From Tricharina praecox (taxonomy: Eukaryota): a stretch of DNA of 64,000 nucleotides. Position 1 is the first letter of the stretch. The number at the start of each line of letters is the position of its first letter. Both the position numbers and the translations under genes were made by a program. This document shows positions 11,894 to 24,080 of this stretch, one piece after another. The notes beneath the pieces were generated by a model. It saw only the letters and a list, made by a program, of their open reading frames with translations, did not search any database and had not been told where the DNA came from. The DNA lies in NCBI RefSeq assembly GCF_024521635.1, contig NW_026250403.1, positions 3,038,001 through 3,102,000 of the forward strand, written 5' to 3'.

Positions 11894-12924
11894 GGTTGTT
11901 TGTTGCTTCTTGACTGCTTTACGGAGAAGGAGGGGACAGGTGCGGGTTCATAGCGACCAGGGGTTACGGTGTTTTAGAGCTGTGTAGCTCCTGGCACTCC
12001 GGTTAAGCACCGAGCCGAGGGTTGTGTGGGGTACGGTAGGATGTATTGGCATTGGGTATCGAGAGTAGAAAGCAAAAAATAAATTTGTTTATAAAGCATG
12101 CCCATTGCCACGCCGTTTTTGTTTTGCTTTTGATTGCATGCGACCTATCTGAGTAGAACTGTAGATCATGGCCCACTATTCCGTCAAGCAGCCAGTCCGA
12201 TATATATAGCTTCCCCGCCCTCCGCCCTGGTCTTTCCCGAAGGTAGAGACATGTGGAGTAGAGCGCACTGAGGAAATAAGCCTGGAAAAGAAATTTCGCT
12301 CCTCACTCCGCGGCTTGGAATAGTCGACGAGTGATACTCCCTGCCCGCGCACCACCCGCACTCCAGTCCGACCGCACGTATACTAGTATGCCTACTCTCA
12401 AGCTTTGCCAAAACCCATTCAGCCACGCGACCGCACGTCCACATCCGATGCCCGAGAATTTGTGACTGATAATAGCCCCCCAATACTACCAATTGACGCT
12501 TGAGGGAGAGGGAACAACGATTTATTGCCGCACCCAGCCCGTCTATGTAGACTACGGCGCCCTACCAATTGCCGCGTATCGCCATAACAGTCGTTGGTTT
12601 CGCGAGTACCTAGCGAGTGATGTTACGTGCCCGTACACTGCTGTGCGTCCGCATATGCCATATACGCCGCACTCTCGAGCCTCCGGCTCTCATCAACTCA
12701 TAAGACATTAGCCACAATACACCGCCTTCAATATCTACACTAATTAAGTATACCCCAGCCAGTAAACAGCACCAGCACCAGCACCAGCACCAGCAAGCAG
12801 AGCACCAACCCAAACACCGCAAAGAATATAAACGGGTATAATTTACTCCACACCGGGCACGAAAAGCCACAAGTAAGACCGTCCAGACCTTCCAACCGGC
12901 ACACAAGCCCACCGACAAGCACAG

Positions 12925-14161
12925 TCAATGCCTCCGCGGCGATGGCGGCGTCTCATCATCGACGACCAAGCAGCAGCAGACCAGGCAGCAGCCTTTCAAG
13001 AACCTACTCCAGCCGCCAGCCCTTTCTCCACTGAGGCTAGTGCGGCTTCTTGTCGGGCTCTCGATCTCGTCCGGCGTCGGCGCGTTAGCATCCATCATCC
13101 TTCGCACACCGCTCTCGGCCATCGGCGCTCGGTGGAACGGGTGCGCCATCAGACTGCCGTACGACCGGTTCATGCTCTGCACGGGACGGAATGCGGGCCG
13201 CTGTGGCGGCGGGCTGTGTTGCATCTCGCCGAAGTGCGTGGGCGAGCGCGAAAAGAAGGTGTGCACGACCGGGACGGACGAGGATTGGTACGTGTGTGAT
13301 AACAGCGGGTTTATTTCTGGCGACAGCACAGGGCTTATCAGCGATTGTACGGAATTGGTGAGAATAATGGCCGCTTTCTGAAAATGGTCTGAGACAGCGT
13401 CCCAGGCCGTGCCCGAGACAAAAACGAGTGATCGCATCGGTAAGCCGACTGCCTCCACCGGGATGGTCACAACCATGTCCCTGGATTACCCCGGAGACAG
13501 TAACGTCCCCTCCCCCAACACTCCAGCAAAAGTTCCAAGAAAACGCCAGAAAGACATGGGGAACCTCACCTCTCGGGGGCGCCGACCTCGACCTCGCCGG
13601 ATGTAGCGGCTGCGTCGGACTCGCGTATTCGTAATAAAACGGCTGTCCGTACTCATACCCAAATTCATCATCTGTCGAGTACTCATCGCCACAGAACTCA
13701 TCGTCTCCATTGGCATCATCCACCTCATCATGTAGCACGACCGTCGACGCCACACTTTTCCGCTCGCTGATAGTATCCAACATGCTCAGCCCAGAGAAGC
13801 TCGAGAAGTTCCTTCTTCCGGTGAGTTCACCATTCGCGCCGCCGCGGTCCGTATCAGTATCAGTATCGCCGCCGTCAACCTCCTGCTCGAACACCCCCGT
13901 GTCCGGCTGCTGCTGCACCCCCCGGCTCGAGTCTGCGACGCCATCCACGCCGCGCCCGCACTCGGAGTCGGAGGAGCCCACCGGCGAGGCAGAGTATATC
14001 GATGGGTGCGTCGAATAGCCGTCCTCGCTCTCGTCGGCTCGCGGGTGCAGCGCTTTGCGTTTATCGCGGTGGGCGCGCGGTGTGAGGATCGGGCTCGGCG
14101 GCGAGGATCCGCCCGAGGGCCGCGGATGGCAGTTCTCCGAGAGTCGAGAGGTGGTCGTCAT
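12925..14161 (-). CDS. Hypothetical low-complexity protein with Cys-rich C-terminus, ~327 aa; exons 14161-13570, 13316-12925
   Basis: Two long ORFs joined in frame by a G|GTGAGG...GCTGAT...CCAG intron (13569-13317); ends WSRFLKGCCLVCCCLVVDDETPPSPRRH. Confidence 0.65.
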
Positions 14162-15814
14162 GAAGGCTGTGATGGTGGGATGAGCTTCCGGAAGCAAGGA
14201 GCGCTGCGCTCACGGCAGCGAAGGTGATGGGATTCGGGGCTGCGAGGAGTAAGACGATAGGTAGTTCAACGAAGCCCTCACTGCAAAGTGCATGTACGAA
14301 TACTCGGCTCGAGGCGGCAGGAGGGCGTGTACATATGTGTAGAGGCAACCGACGAAGGGGGGAGTGAAGCTGTAGAAGAGGAAGCTCGGCGATGTCGATG
14401 GGAGATGGACACACAGCACGACACAGCGGCATGCAGGCGGAAAAAAAAGTGAGGGGAAGCAAATGGCACTTGTACTTGTACAGGCAGCTCACGACTCGCC
14501 GTGTAGGGGTTCTTATCGGGATTCGCAGCACATGTGGACGAGGAAGGCCCGGCGGAGTGGTATGTATTACTTACTACTGCATAATACATAGAGTAGAGTA
14601 TCGATAAGTGGGGCGAGTCTGGATATAGCAGTGATGTCTCGGACGCTCGTCATGGACGTAGAGTCCCGCCTTAAACGACGGGCAACAAGTGAGGCCCTGC
14701 AGACAGGGGCGGGCCACGGGGTTGGATCTCCAATCTCGCGATAGAAGGGCTCCCAGTATGTACAATGCAGCAGAGTACAATACATCCCTTATCCCGAGGG
14801 CCATCGGGACCCATGACCCACCGGTTCGCGCTCCATGTCACGGATGCCGCCGCCGCCTGTCAATGATGAAGGGAAAAAAAACTGCACATGAGCAGCGACG
14901 GGCGTGGTGACACAGCTCCTACATTTGCGGAAGCAAACAGCACCCCCTGACCTGACCCTGGCCATGCAAGCCCCGCTCCCCACACCACGGCGGACGCATC
15001 AAATCGTCGATCCGGACGGTTGTCGATTGAAGAATGTTCCATAGCTCGCAGGACTATTGGCACCGCGATAGCCGCCGTGGGGAGTGGTGTGGACGGCCAT
15101 TCTACATATTCCAGACGACTGCACGATTTATCATCCGGTCTGGTAGAACGTCTAGAACGACTGCAACTGCTGTGGTTACACGAGTGGATGGGCACGTGAC
15201 TGGTGAAATGACGGAGACGTCTGATCGGGGGCTGGAATTCCGTGTGCGGTTTTTGGAGGAGTGACATTCCAATATAAAGAAGAATTGGTAGCAGATTAGA
15301 TTCGCATGATGGCAGTATTACCCAGATCTTTATGCCATTGCGGGACGATGCCGAGCAATACCTCTGTCTCGGCGATGACTACGAGAAACGATGAATGTAT
15401 GTTTGTCTGTGTGATGAGCTGATGACTGTGCAATATTCCCAGCCAGGAAACTTCCACATGCATAGGGTCGTTTCCTTTATTTGTATGCCCCTTACCGTCA
15501 CTGTGTACTCCTGCATCCGTCGTAGACAGACAGACCTCCCGTACCCTACTTCCTGGCACACACCCTCTCACTCTCCCATTCTCCTACTCATCCGCCCACT
15601 CATTCTTCCACTCCTCCTCTCTCACCCTCTCACCTTCTCACTCACTCATACTGTGAACTCACACATTTTCTAGCCCTTATTCACAATCAGGAAGACAGTC
15701 GGATAAACCTGCGGGCCTCCCGTCGGTCTCTCCGCACTCTCCTCCATCTCTCAACTCCTTCACTCCTTGCGTCATCCCGGACGCCACCAACACATCTCCA
15801 CCACAGACAGAGCG

Positions 15815-17950
15815 ATGGGCAAGCTCAATTATACGCACGTTTGTCTCCCCAGTCCCCTCCCAACGTACCGCCTTGCTTGCTCCGAGGGCGCATGTATCTG
15901 ACAGCTAAACAAATGGCATTCCAGCGCAAGATCGGCGGTGAGAAGCTGGGCAATGCCGTCAAGAAAGATGTGCTGAAGCATAATCCACAACCCAATGGCT
16001 CGAAAGCGAGGGCTCACAGGGATCCACACCTCGACGTCTACCTGCAGGGGAGAGAGCTCGGGGACGTGGGCCTCAGAATCGCCTGCGACGGCTTTGTTCA
16101 GGCATTGTCCTCCGGCTCGATCCGGCTCGACGAGCTTCACCTTGCCGAGAACGGTATCACGATGAGAGGGTTGAAGGCTTTGTGCGAGGTTATCCGCCTG
16201 GCAAGCAACGACATCAAGGACTTGGACCTCAGGGCGAATAACCTTGCCGTTGTGACGCAGGAAGACGTAGATGACTGGGAGCAGTTCCTGCGCGCCTTCC
16301 GGGAGGTATCGTCTTCCCGTCCTCCGATGGTTTTGTTTCTGCCCCCAGCGTGCTGAATTGAAGTGTCGTCGCACAGGTATCGTGTCTTCGCAGGCTGGAT
16401 ATATCGGAAAATCCAATCGGCGACAAAGGCTACGAGACCTTCTTGCGAATGTACTCCCGCGAGTCACCAATCTACCTACCCAAACCACCAAAGTCGGATA
16501 GTTCTGACGCCGGCTACGATACGGACGAGCTGGACGACGATTCGGATGGCTCGGTGACGTTTCATGCAAAAGCGCGCAGATTGAGTGGCACCGGCAGGGA
16601 CTCGGCCACCAGCACCGCGCAGACAACTCCTATCAAGGGCGAAGCCAGTAAGAAGTCTTCCTATTTTTGAGGTTTCATCTAACGTAGGTGCTTGACGATG
16701 TGACAGTGAGCTCTCCGTCGTCCAAACACCTCACCCTACGTCCGTCTCCGGGGATGATGCGTGAATCCGAGAACGTCGAACTCCAGGGTCTCCGTTCAAT
16801 TCCATACTTGATCCTTTCCGATACTGGTGTCACCGATAGCGGTGCCCTTTTCCTCTCCTACATTCTGCCTCTCCATTACACCCCGCAGCGTCTCATGCCA
16901 TATTTCCCGCCACCCAAAGCCGGAACCCAGACCGAGACTTTGGAAGCCTACTACGCAACATCGTGCCGAGGAGTTGTGTATAGGCCCAACGAGCAGCTCA
17001 ATAGCCTTTTGAGCACCCGTATGCTGGATCTGGCGGAGGGAATGAGAGAAGGATACTCAATCAAGATCGTCCGGCCAGAAGTGAACCCATTCAAGTACTC
17101 GCCAAAGAAGGCCAAAGATTTGAATTTCGCATTGGGTGAGATCTGTATTCCACCACTGGTCCGTGACCTCGAGAGAGCCCGCCACAAGATTCAAGGGTCG
17201 ATACTCAACGTCAACGGACCGCATTATATCTCCTTGTGGAGTGCTGCTCTGAAGATGCTGGCCCTCTCTCGATTAGTCTTTTCCGACAAAGATGCCGAGC
17301 CGTATCGGGTCCCCAAACAATCGCCTCACAGAAGGTCCCTACCATCGGCAGCTTCTTGTTCGTACATCAATGGCTCTGGGAGCAAGAAGGTGTATTCTCC
17401 AACCCATGGGCTTGGACGAAAAGTGTCTTCTGGCTCTCTTCGTGACGAGGATCCTGGCTCGCCATCTGTAGACGGACGATCTCTGGCCCAAGCCCTCGCA
17501 TCTCTTGCCACATCCCCCGGATGTCCGCAACGAGCCCGCAAGTCTTCAATCCCACTGGCCGAGCACCTAACTGAAGTTCAAGACTCCGAAGGTTCTGTGT
17601 CTTCGGACCCTCCAGCTACCGAAGCGACGGATGCATCAACGCACGAAGAGCAAGGCGTCGACGAGACTCAAAAATCCAAGCGCACAAACGAAGGCGTGAA
17701 GACCAATGGTGGGGCGGACGTCAAGCAGAAGCTTCCTGGCGGGCTACCAGAGTCAATTTGGTTCACGATCGTTGCGATGAGCGCGGACCCCGAAGGCCTG
17801 CTGAGCGACAACCAGATGTGGAACATGATCAAGTGGGCAAAGGCGCGGAACACGCTGGAGATGGAGAGGGAGCTGTCGGGAAAGCTGAAGAGTGCGCAGA
17901 TCTGGAGGATCCTCGAGAACACTGGCTGTCTGGCTTATGAGGGCTTGTAG
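15815..17950 (+). CDS. Leucine-rich repeat (RNI-like) protein, ~639 aa; exons 15815-15838, 15925-16305, 16377-16647, 16707-17950
   Basis: LRR units LDELHLAENGIT, IKDLDLRANNL, LRRLDISENPIGDKG, IPYLILSDTGVTDSGA; splice phases consistent (third acceptor 16706 chosen by frame). Confidence 0.8.
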
Positions 17951-18936
17951 CTGACTGGGTGGTGCATATCAACTGGGCCTCTGAGATGCTTAGTGCCATG
18001 GTGGAACGCGAGATCAATTGAAGAAAAAAAGTTGATAATCGCACACTCTTGTTCTTGTTCTTGTTCTTTTTTCTTCTTCTTCTCTTCTCTCCATGTCCTT
18101 TTTTCTCCCTTTTTCTTTCCGTCATCTTTTTCATTTGGTAGAGATAGTACTTGCATTTGGTGGGGGTTCTGAGGGTTCTTCAAAAGCGGGACGGGAGGTA
18201 CCAGTAGGAGGGGGGGAAGGTTCTCTGCAACTTCTTGCAAATTGCAATAGGTGGGAAATCGAGAGTGGCTGACGAAGGGAAACATGGAAAATGCAGATGT
18301 TCCCATTCAAAATTTCCCATTCAATGTTGCCTTCTGTTCCAGTAATCTCCAGTCCTAATGACATGTATGAAGTCCAACGATAGCGCATCCAAAGCTTAGT
18401 CATAGAATGTGGTTCGCCGAGAAGCCACGGTCCAAGTTCTTTGCTTTTCTGTTCTGCAAGGTCGCATGCAGCCTCGTTACTCAGGTACCTACATGCCGCA
18501 AGGGGAAAAGAGGGTGGGGCAGTTTGTCATGGTAAGTACCAGGTAGGTACTGGGGGAGAGAGCTTGAGGCGTTCTTTGGACTTGGATGCGGTATGTGAAG
18601 TGATGGGAACTTACCGCCACGCACTCCATGGACCAATCAACACAAAAGCGAGTTTGTGGTGTTTTAAGCCCCAAGCCGGTCGAAACAGTCTATCCAGCAT
18701 GAAATCATAAATTCTCTAGGTAGTATTTGCTTTGGTCACGTTGAGTGGCTCGCCGAGTGAGATACGGAAATCATCCGTCTCCCAGCGGCAGCAACAGCGG
18801 CACTCTACATATCATCAACCCAGCGAGCGAGCGTGGCTTGAACGATTCGTATTGTCTAAATCAAAAGAGCGACACGAAAGAAAGAAAGAACCCCGTGATG
18901 CCAAGGCGAGCAGTCCCAACCAACCACACAAGGCGC

Positions 18937-20265
18937 TTAAACCTTCTGCCTCCTCCTCTTGCCGATGGTAGCCTGGAAACCAGTCTTGATGGTGCTGTGA
19001 TAGGAAATTAGTACATAGACATGTTAAAGCATATGAATTAGGGGAAACGTACGCGACGGAACGTCTGGAACCGCAGCTGTTGCAAGTGACGAAGAAAAGA
19101 CGGTTCTCTCCTTTCTTAAGGTCGGTGTCGGGAGATTTACAAGTCCTGCATGTAACGTACTCCACTGCGCATTGTTAGCGGTTGATACGAACAACGAGCA
19201 TCTCGGATCAGGGAACCTACGGATATACCGCCTCAAGACGTTCTCCAACTGCTTCTGCTGGAACTTTCCACGAATGACTAAGCGCTTGCTACCGTCGACA
19301 CTGCCGCCGGTTCCCAACTCGGCAAACAGGAACTGGGTGACGTGCTCGTCCTGACGCTTCATGCGCTTGCAGATGTCGGAAATGTTGGCGAAGATCGTCT
19401 TCTTGTTACCCTCGCGAAGGACCTGTGGCGGAGGAATCTTGTAGTTTCTGCGTCCGTCGCCAGCAAGGTCGGGGTGCTGGTTTCTGAGAAGGGTGAAGAA
19501 GCGGGTAAGCAACAAGGGGTAGGTAAGGTCGACAGTGCTGGCAGAGTTCCAGACACCGGTACCGGCGATGAGGTCGCCGATATCCTCGGGCTTGGCCTCC
19601 TCTGCAGCCTCGTCGTTGTCCTCGTCACGTGAGATAACACCGGCCTCGGCAAGCTGAGCGTCGAAAGAGTCGACAGCGGCCTCCTTGGGCGCCTTCTTCT
19701 TCTTCTTCTTCTTCATGAGCGCAGGGTCGAACTCGCCATCGCCAGCGGGGGCTTCGTCGCCATTGGCATCGGCGGCAGGGACCTTCTTCTTCTTCTTTTT
19801 CTTGAGGTCCTTGAGTTGCTCGGTCAGCTCGTCGACCTCGGGGTCAGCTTCAGCGTCGTCGACTGAACCGGTGAAGGATGTTAGCCTTTGTTCCATAGTC
19901 GATGATGGCGAAGCTGTAGGTAGGCGAAGCCCATATCGCGACCCATTGTGGTGGGATGTTGCCGATGAGACGAGTGCTGACGCAAGGCTAAATTAACATA
20001 CCTATGCTATGACTCTGAGCCGTAGTGGTTTCCCCGCCATTAGCGTCCTCGCCCTCCTCGAAAGCCACCGACTTTCTAGTCTTGATCTTCGGCTTGGAAG
20101 GGTCGAAGATGGGAGCTTCCTGCGATTCGTACAGATCAGCTCAAGCCCTCCAGGTGAGCCCCCGCTGGTGGCGAGGTTCCTTTGATGGATTGGTTTGCGC
20201 CAGCAGATAACGTGGGCGCGGGGAAGGGAAAATCAAGCGAGCTCACACACCTCTGTGTCCGACAT
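18937..20265 (-). CDS. SUI3: Translation initiation factor eIF2 beta, 314 aa; exons 20265-20251, 20119-20002, 19862-19221, 19164-19053, 18994-18937
   Basis: Poly-Lys boxes, [34 protein letters not shown]4 zinc finger [12 protein letters not shown]...[19 protein letters not shown]. Confidence 0.96.
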
Positions 20266-20641
20266 GATTGCGATCGTCTAACTTGTAGCTGTACTTTTGG
20301 GCGTTCGTACGTGGTATTGATTCGATCGGGCGGATCGTGTCGTACTCGAGATCGTGGATCTCTAGTTGTGGTTGGGGGTGGTAGTGGGCAGTGGTGGGTT
20401 TGTGGGAGTCGTGCTGGCAACGGAATTTATTGCGAGAGGGTGACTCTTCTAAAAGCAAAAAGGCAAAACATGCTAACCCAAAGAGACATTCACGTGATGC
20501 CGACTGGCGTCCATTCAAACGTCATCCCCCACCTCCACTCATCGATTGACTTGGATCCTTCAACTACCACCTCCCCACCCATTACCACTTCCGACCCAGC
20601 TGCCGCTCCGCCCTGCGCCGCCGTCCGACTGAATTACAGAA

Positions 20642-21132
20642 ATGTCTGCCGAGTCCACACCGATGTCCACCCCCGAATCCTCGGTTTACACGCCCACCGA
20701 ATCTTCCGTATCCGGCTCCGTCGACTCGCTGTCCTTCAACCAGTCAGCCTCGTTCATCGCACACCCATCTTCACCATCACCACCGTCGCCGCGGTCGATC
20801 GCGTCGGACTCGTCGCTGTCAACCGATGACGAGGCGGAGGCCGAGTGGCAGGAGAGTCTACAGCAGCTCGAGCTCCTGTTCTCACTCGTCGTGATCCCAT
20901 TTTTTGGCAAGTGGGTGGGGCGTCGTTGCGCATATTGGGGTAGCTGTCCTCCGCAGTCTCCACGCTTTCACATGACTGACTAGCTTGCTCCCGCGCTCCA
21001 GCGTGGACTAGGTTCATGACATGGAAGTATCCGGTGGACATCGTCATCACGAACCGGAAGGCATTCAACATCGCCGGCGCGCTGGGCGCACTCTCCACAG
21101 GGCCTACATCCGCTGTCGCGGCGTCGCTTTAA
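20642..21132 (+). CDS. MIM2: Mitochondrial import (MIM complex) subunit Mim2-like, 142 aa; exons 20642-20939, 21002-21132
   Basis: DDEAEAEWQESLQQLELLFSLVVIPFFGKWVGRRCAYW|AWTRFMTWKY matches the Mim2 pattern; divergent from SUI3. Confidence 0.82.
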
Positions 21133-22732
21133 ATCTGTATTAGATCATTCGTTCATTCATGGAAAGATTCCCGTGGAGTTTGGGGCGTTATATTTGTGCT
21201 CTGCATTGGTGGCAGATTTTACCTCCCCGGTGGGGAGGGGTAGAGTTGGGATCGCGGCGGAGGAGGCGTTGAGATCTGTACATAGGTTTGCTGGATGGGA
21301 ACGTAATCGGGAGCGCGTGTCACTGCAATTCTCTACACGTTGCAATGTGACGAGCGAGCTATTGAATGAGGCATTTGGTGGATGTGAACCTAAATTCCAT
21401 CCACGCAGCATTTTCTCAAGGGGAACCGGGTAGCCTTGATATGAATATGGATCACTCATAGCACGCAACTAATTCTGCAACAGCTTGTACAAGTCGACAG
21501 ATTGGGACTCAATCCCCTCATCTACCTTCACAGCTATCGGACCACCCGACTTGGACCGACACAGTGCAGTTTCCTCCTTGCTAAATAGAAGCAGCAGGTT
21601 ATAGAGGGGCCCAATATTGATGCTACTACCGTAGTGGAGTTGAGGATGAACCTGATCAGGTGCTCCAGGTGCACCATGTGCGCAAATGTTTCTTACCAGA
21701 AACCCACTACCCGCAGTGAGCCCACCTGTTGCTACATATATAGGCTCATCTTGGGGGTAGTTCCGCTCAATCGGTGAATCAATGGATCGGTCGGTCGGTC
21801 GGTCGGTCGACCAGAGCAGTTGCGAATGGACGGAATTTGTCCGGTTGATTCACTCCATGTCACTCGAGCCGAATGCGAACTCTAATAAATTGTAGTATTG
21901 TAAAGGAGTGTGAACCGGAATTGCCTGGAACGGGCGGGATGGAAACTTGAAAATTTACTTGCTCGATGCTCGCGAGAGCATGATGGTCCTTCTTACCGAC
22001 TACCTACTCATACGAAAGCTTGATTTCTTTGGTGATAGTGGTGAAGTCGGTAATACCCACCATACGGTGATAGCAGAGAAAAGTATCTGTGAGCACCATA
22101 AGCTTAACAAGTAATGAGATCATCCGTATCCGTCCGAATGTAGTGTCTACGCCCTGCGATGCAGCTTGCAAGCCACAATATTATCGCCGGTACATAGGTA
22201 TGTACCTCACAGGAAGATCCGAACGTGAATCGGCCCAGTGTCAAGTGAAGGCCGTCGCACCTCAACGGGACACTGAAACCGCAAGCATTAACGCAGCCAA
22301 TAGCAATCCAGTTGGCGCCTAAAAACAAAAACAGAAAAAGAGACTTCCACGTTATTCAAGAGTAGCAGTCGTTCGTTTCGAGTCAGTCAGTGCACAGTGC
22401 ACAGTGCATACAGGTGCTAGCGGATGGGTCATGACGGAATGGTGGTTTCTCGGCCCGCGCGATAAACATGCATCTCCCGCTCCGTTTTTATTTCGTTGCT
22501 ATGGCCGTCAATCTTGGTGGGTGACTTTGATGTTTTTTTTGCTCCGATTATGGCTACGATATTCGGGTACTTTGTCAACGACTCTGAGTTCTTGCGACGC
22601 AAAGACATGGTGGAGAGCCTAAATCCTATTTGTTCAATCTTGGCTCGCCGATAAGTCAAAAGTCGAAAACAGTCGAAATTGAAGTTTGCCTGGCTTTTAG
22701 ATCTGTAATCAGCGAAAAATGTACATCCAGTG

Positions 22733-22804
22733 AGCAACATGGCGCAGCGGAAGCGCGCCGGGCTCATAACCCGGAGGTCCCTCGATCGAAACGAGGTGTT
22801 GCTA
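22733..22804 (+). tRNA. tRNA-iMet (CAT), initiator, intronless
   Basis: AGCAACA/TGTTGCT acceptor stem with A1:U72, anticodon arm CCGGG-CTCATAA-CCCGG (three G:C pairs), T-loop ATCGAAA (A54/A60 initiator signature), 72 nt, T-run a few nt downstream. Confidence 0.97.
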
Positions 22805-23847
22805 TCTTCTTTTGCTCTTTCTCTTATGGAGAGCCGCCACTCGCTTATATTTTTTGGGCCCGTATCGCTAGTGTTTTCTACTTCTTGTTTCTGAGCGAGT
22901 GACTCAAAATGCCTTGCTGCCTGCTACCTGGTTACCGGCTCGTCTGTCGCGCCAGTGACAACCGTGAGATGTGACTCTGGCGGCACAAATCCGCCCACTA
23001 CGGTACGTTAGAGAAAACACGATTCTCGAGTTTATTGAACGATGGTTGAAAACTGGTCAAAGGCCATACAGTGATATTTGTTGCCGATTTTTGCACTACG
23101 TCCCCGGGCGTCCTCTCAATCCATCTAAGAGAATAAGCCATCAATCGCTTATCCGATGCATCTGTGGCGCCAACGGCCAACATCGCCAGCAGCCTACACT
23201 TACTCGGAGTAAAGCCCAACAGCAGAATATGGGGCTATCAGTAATCGTGAACAACCACTGCATCGGTACGGTAGATAGTCCGACATCTCACTGTTGATAT
23301 TATGCGTCTCATTGCCTATTCCGGTGTCACTGCTACTTTTCCCTGTCCTATGTCCTCTGTCCTTTTGGATCGCCGCATACAGCCTTCATGACCATCATGG
23401 CCTTCGTGGCTTCTTAGCATTGTACCTGTCTTCCCACCAGAATACCGTAAAGCCTCTTTAGGCTCCCAGCTCTCAGCCCAAGCCTGGCTATCGTCGCTTC
23501 CTCTGTCTGAGCAGTGAGGCCCGGCTTCATCTGGTTGTTTAGACGAGCTCGTTGCCCTTTATAAGCAGTCTCCTTTCTCATCTTTCTCAGCTTTTTCGTA
23601 TCATTACATCAATCGAGTCGGGTTTTTTTCTCAGTTTCAACCTCTCACTGTCGGAGATGGGTAGCAAATGAGGGGATTAAGCCGTGTGGTCGCCGCGGCT
23701 AGATGGCAGGCTGTATGCGATAATACATTGATGTTCTCCCGAGCTCTCTCGAGATCTCTCTTACGTAAATCGAATGGAATCATCCGAAGCCTATGCACAT
23801 TGCGCACCCATTGCGGCGGAATCACCAAATACCTTGGTGATTTCACG

Positions 23848-24080
23848 CAGTGTTCTCCATAGTCCGGTCCAGACTGCAGTCCGGACGGCAAGGGCTGCCA
23901 AGATCCAGTCCCGTCCGTGCCTTTTGGAGGACGGGATAAAAGTAGTCCGTCCCGTCCGCCAATTTTCTGGACAGTGTTGGACTGCAGTCGACTGCAGTCC
24001 ATCCCGTCCGACCATACCGGTGGACTAGTCCGTCCGACAGACACCTCCGGACGGACTGGACTGGACTATGGAGAACACTG
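23848..24080. mobile_element. Non-autonomous hAT-type MITE, 233 bp
   Basis: TIR CAGTGTTCTCCATAGTCC / GGACTATGGAGAACACTG (18 bp perfect, 24/25 extended); 8-bp TSD ATTTCACG at 23840-23847 and 24081-24088; many internal GTCC/GGAC motifs. Confidence 0.92.

Noticed and set aside
19863..20250. snoRNAs in the two longer SUI3 introns (139 and 131 nt)
   Set aside because: No box C/D pair or H/ACA layout visible on the sense strand
22760..22771. Second apparent retrotransposon PBS (GGTTATGAGCCC on the minus strand)
   Set aside because: It is the anticodon arm of the tRNA-iMet gene itself; the overlapping ORFs 22429-22767 and 22630-22902 are spurious
24009..24036. CGACCATACC resembling a fungal 5S rRNA 5' end
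   Set aside because: Lies inside the MITE; the rest of 5S is absent
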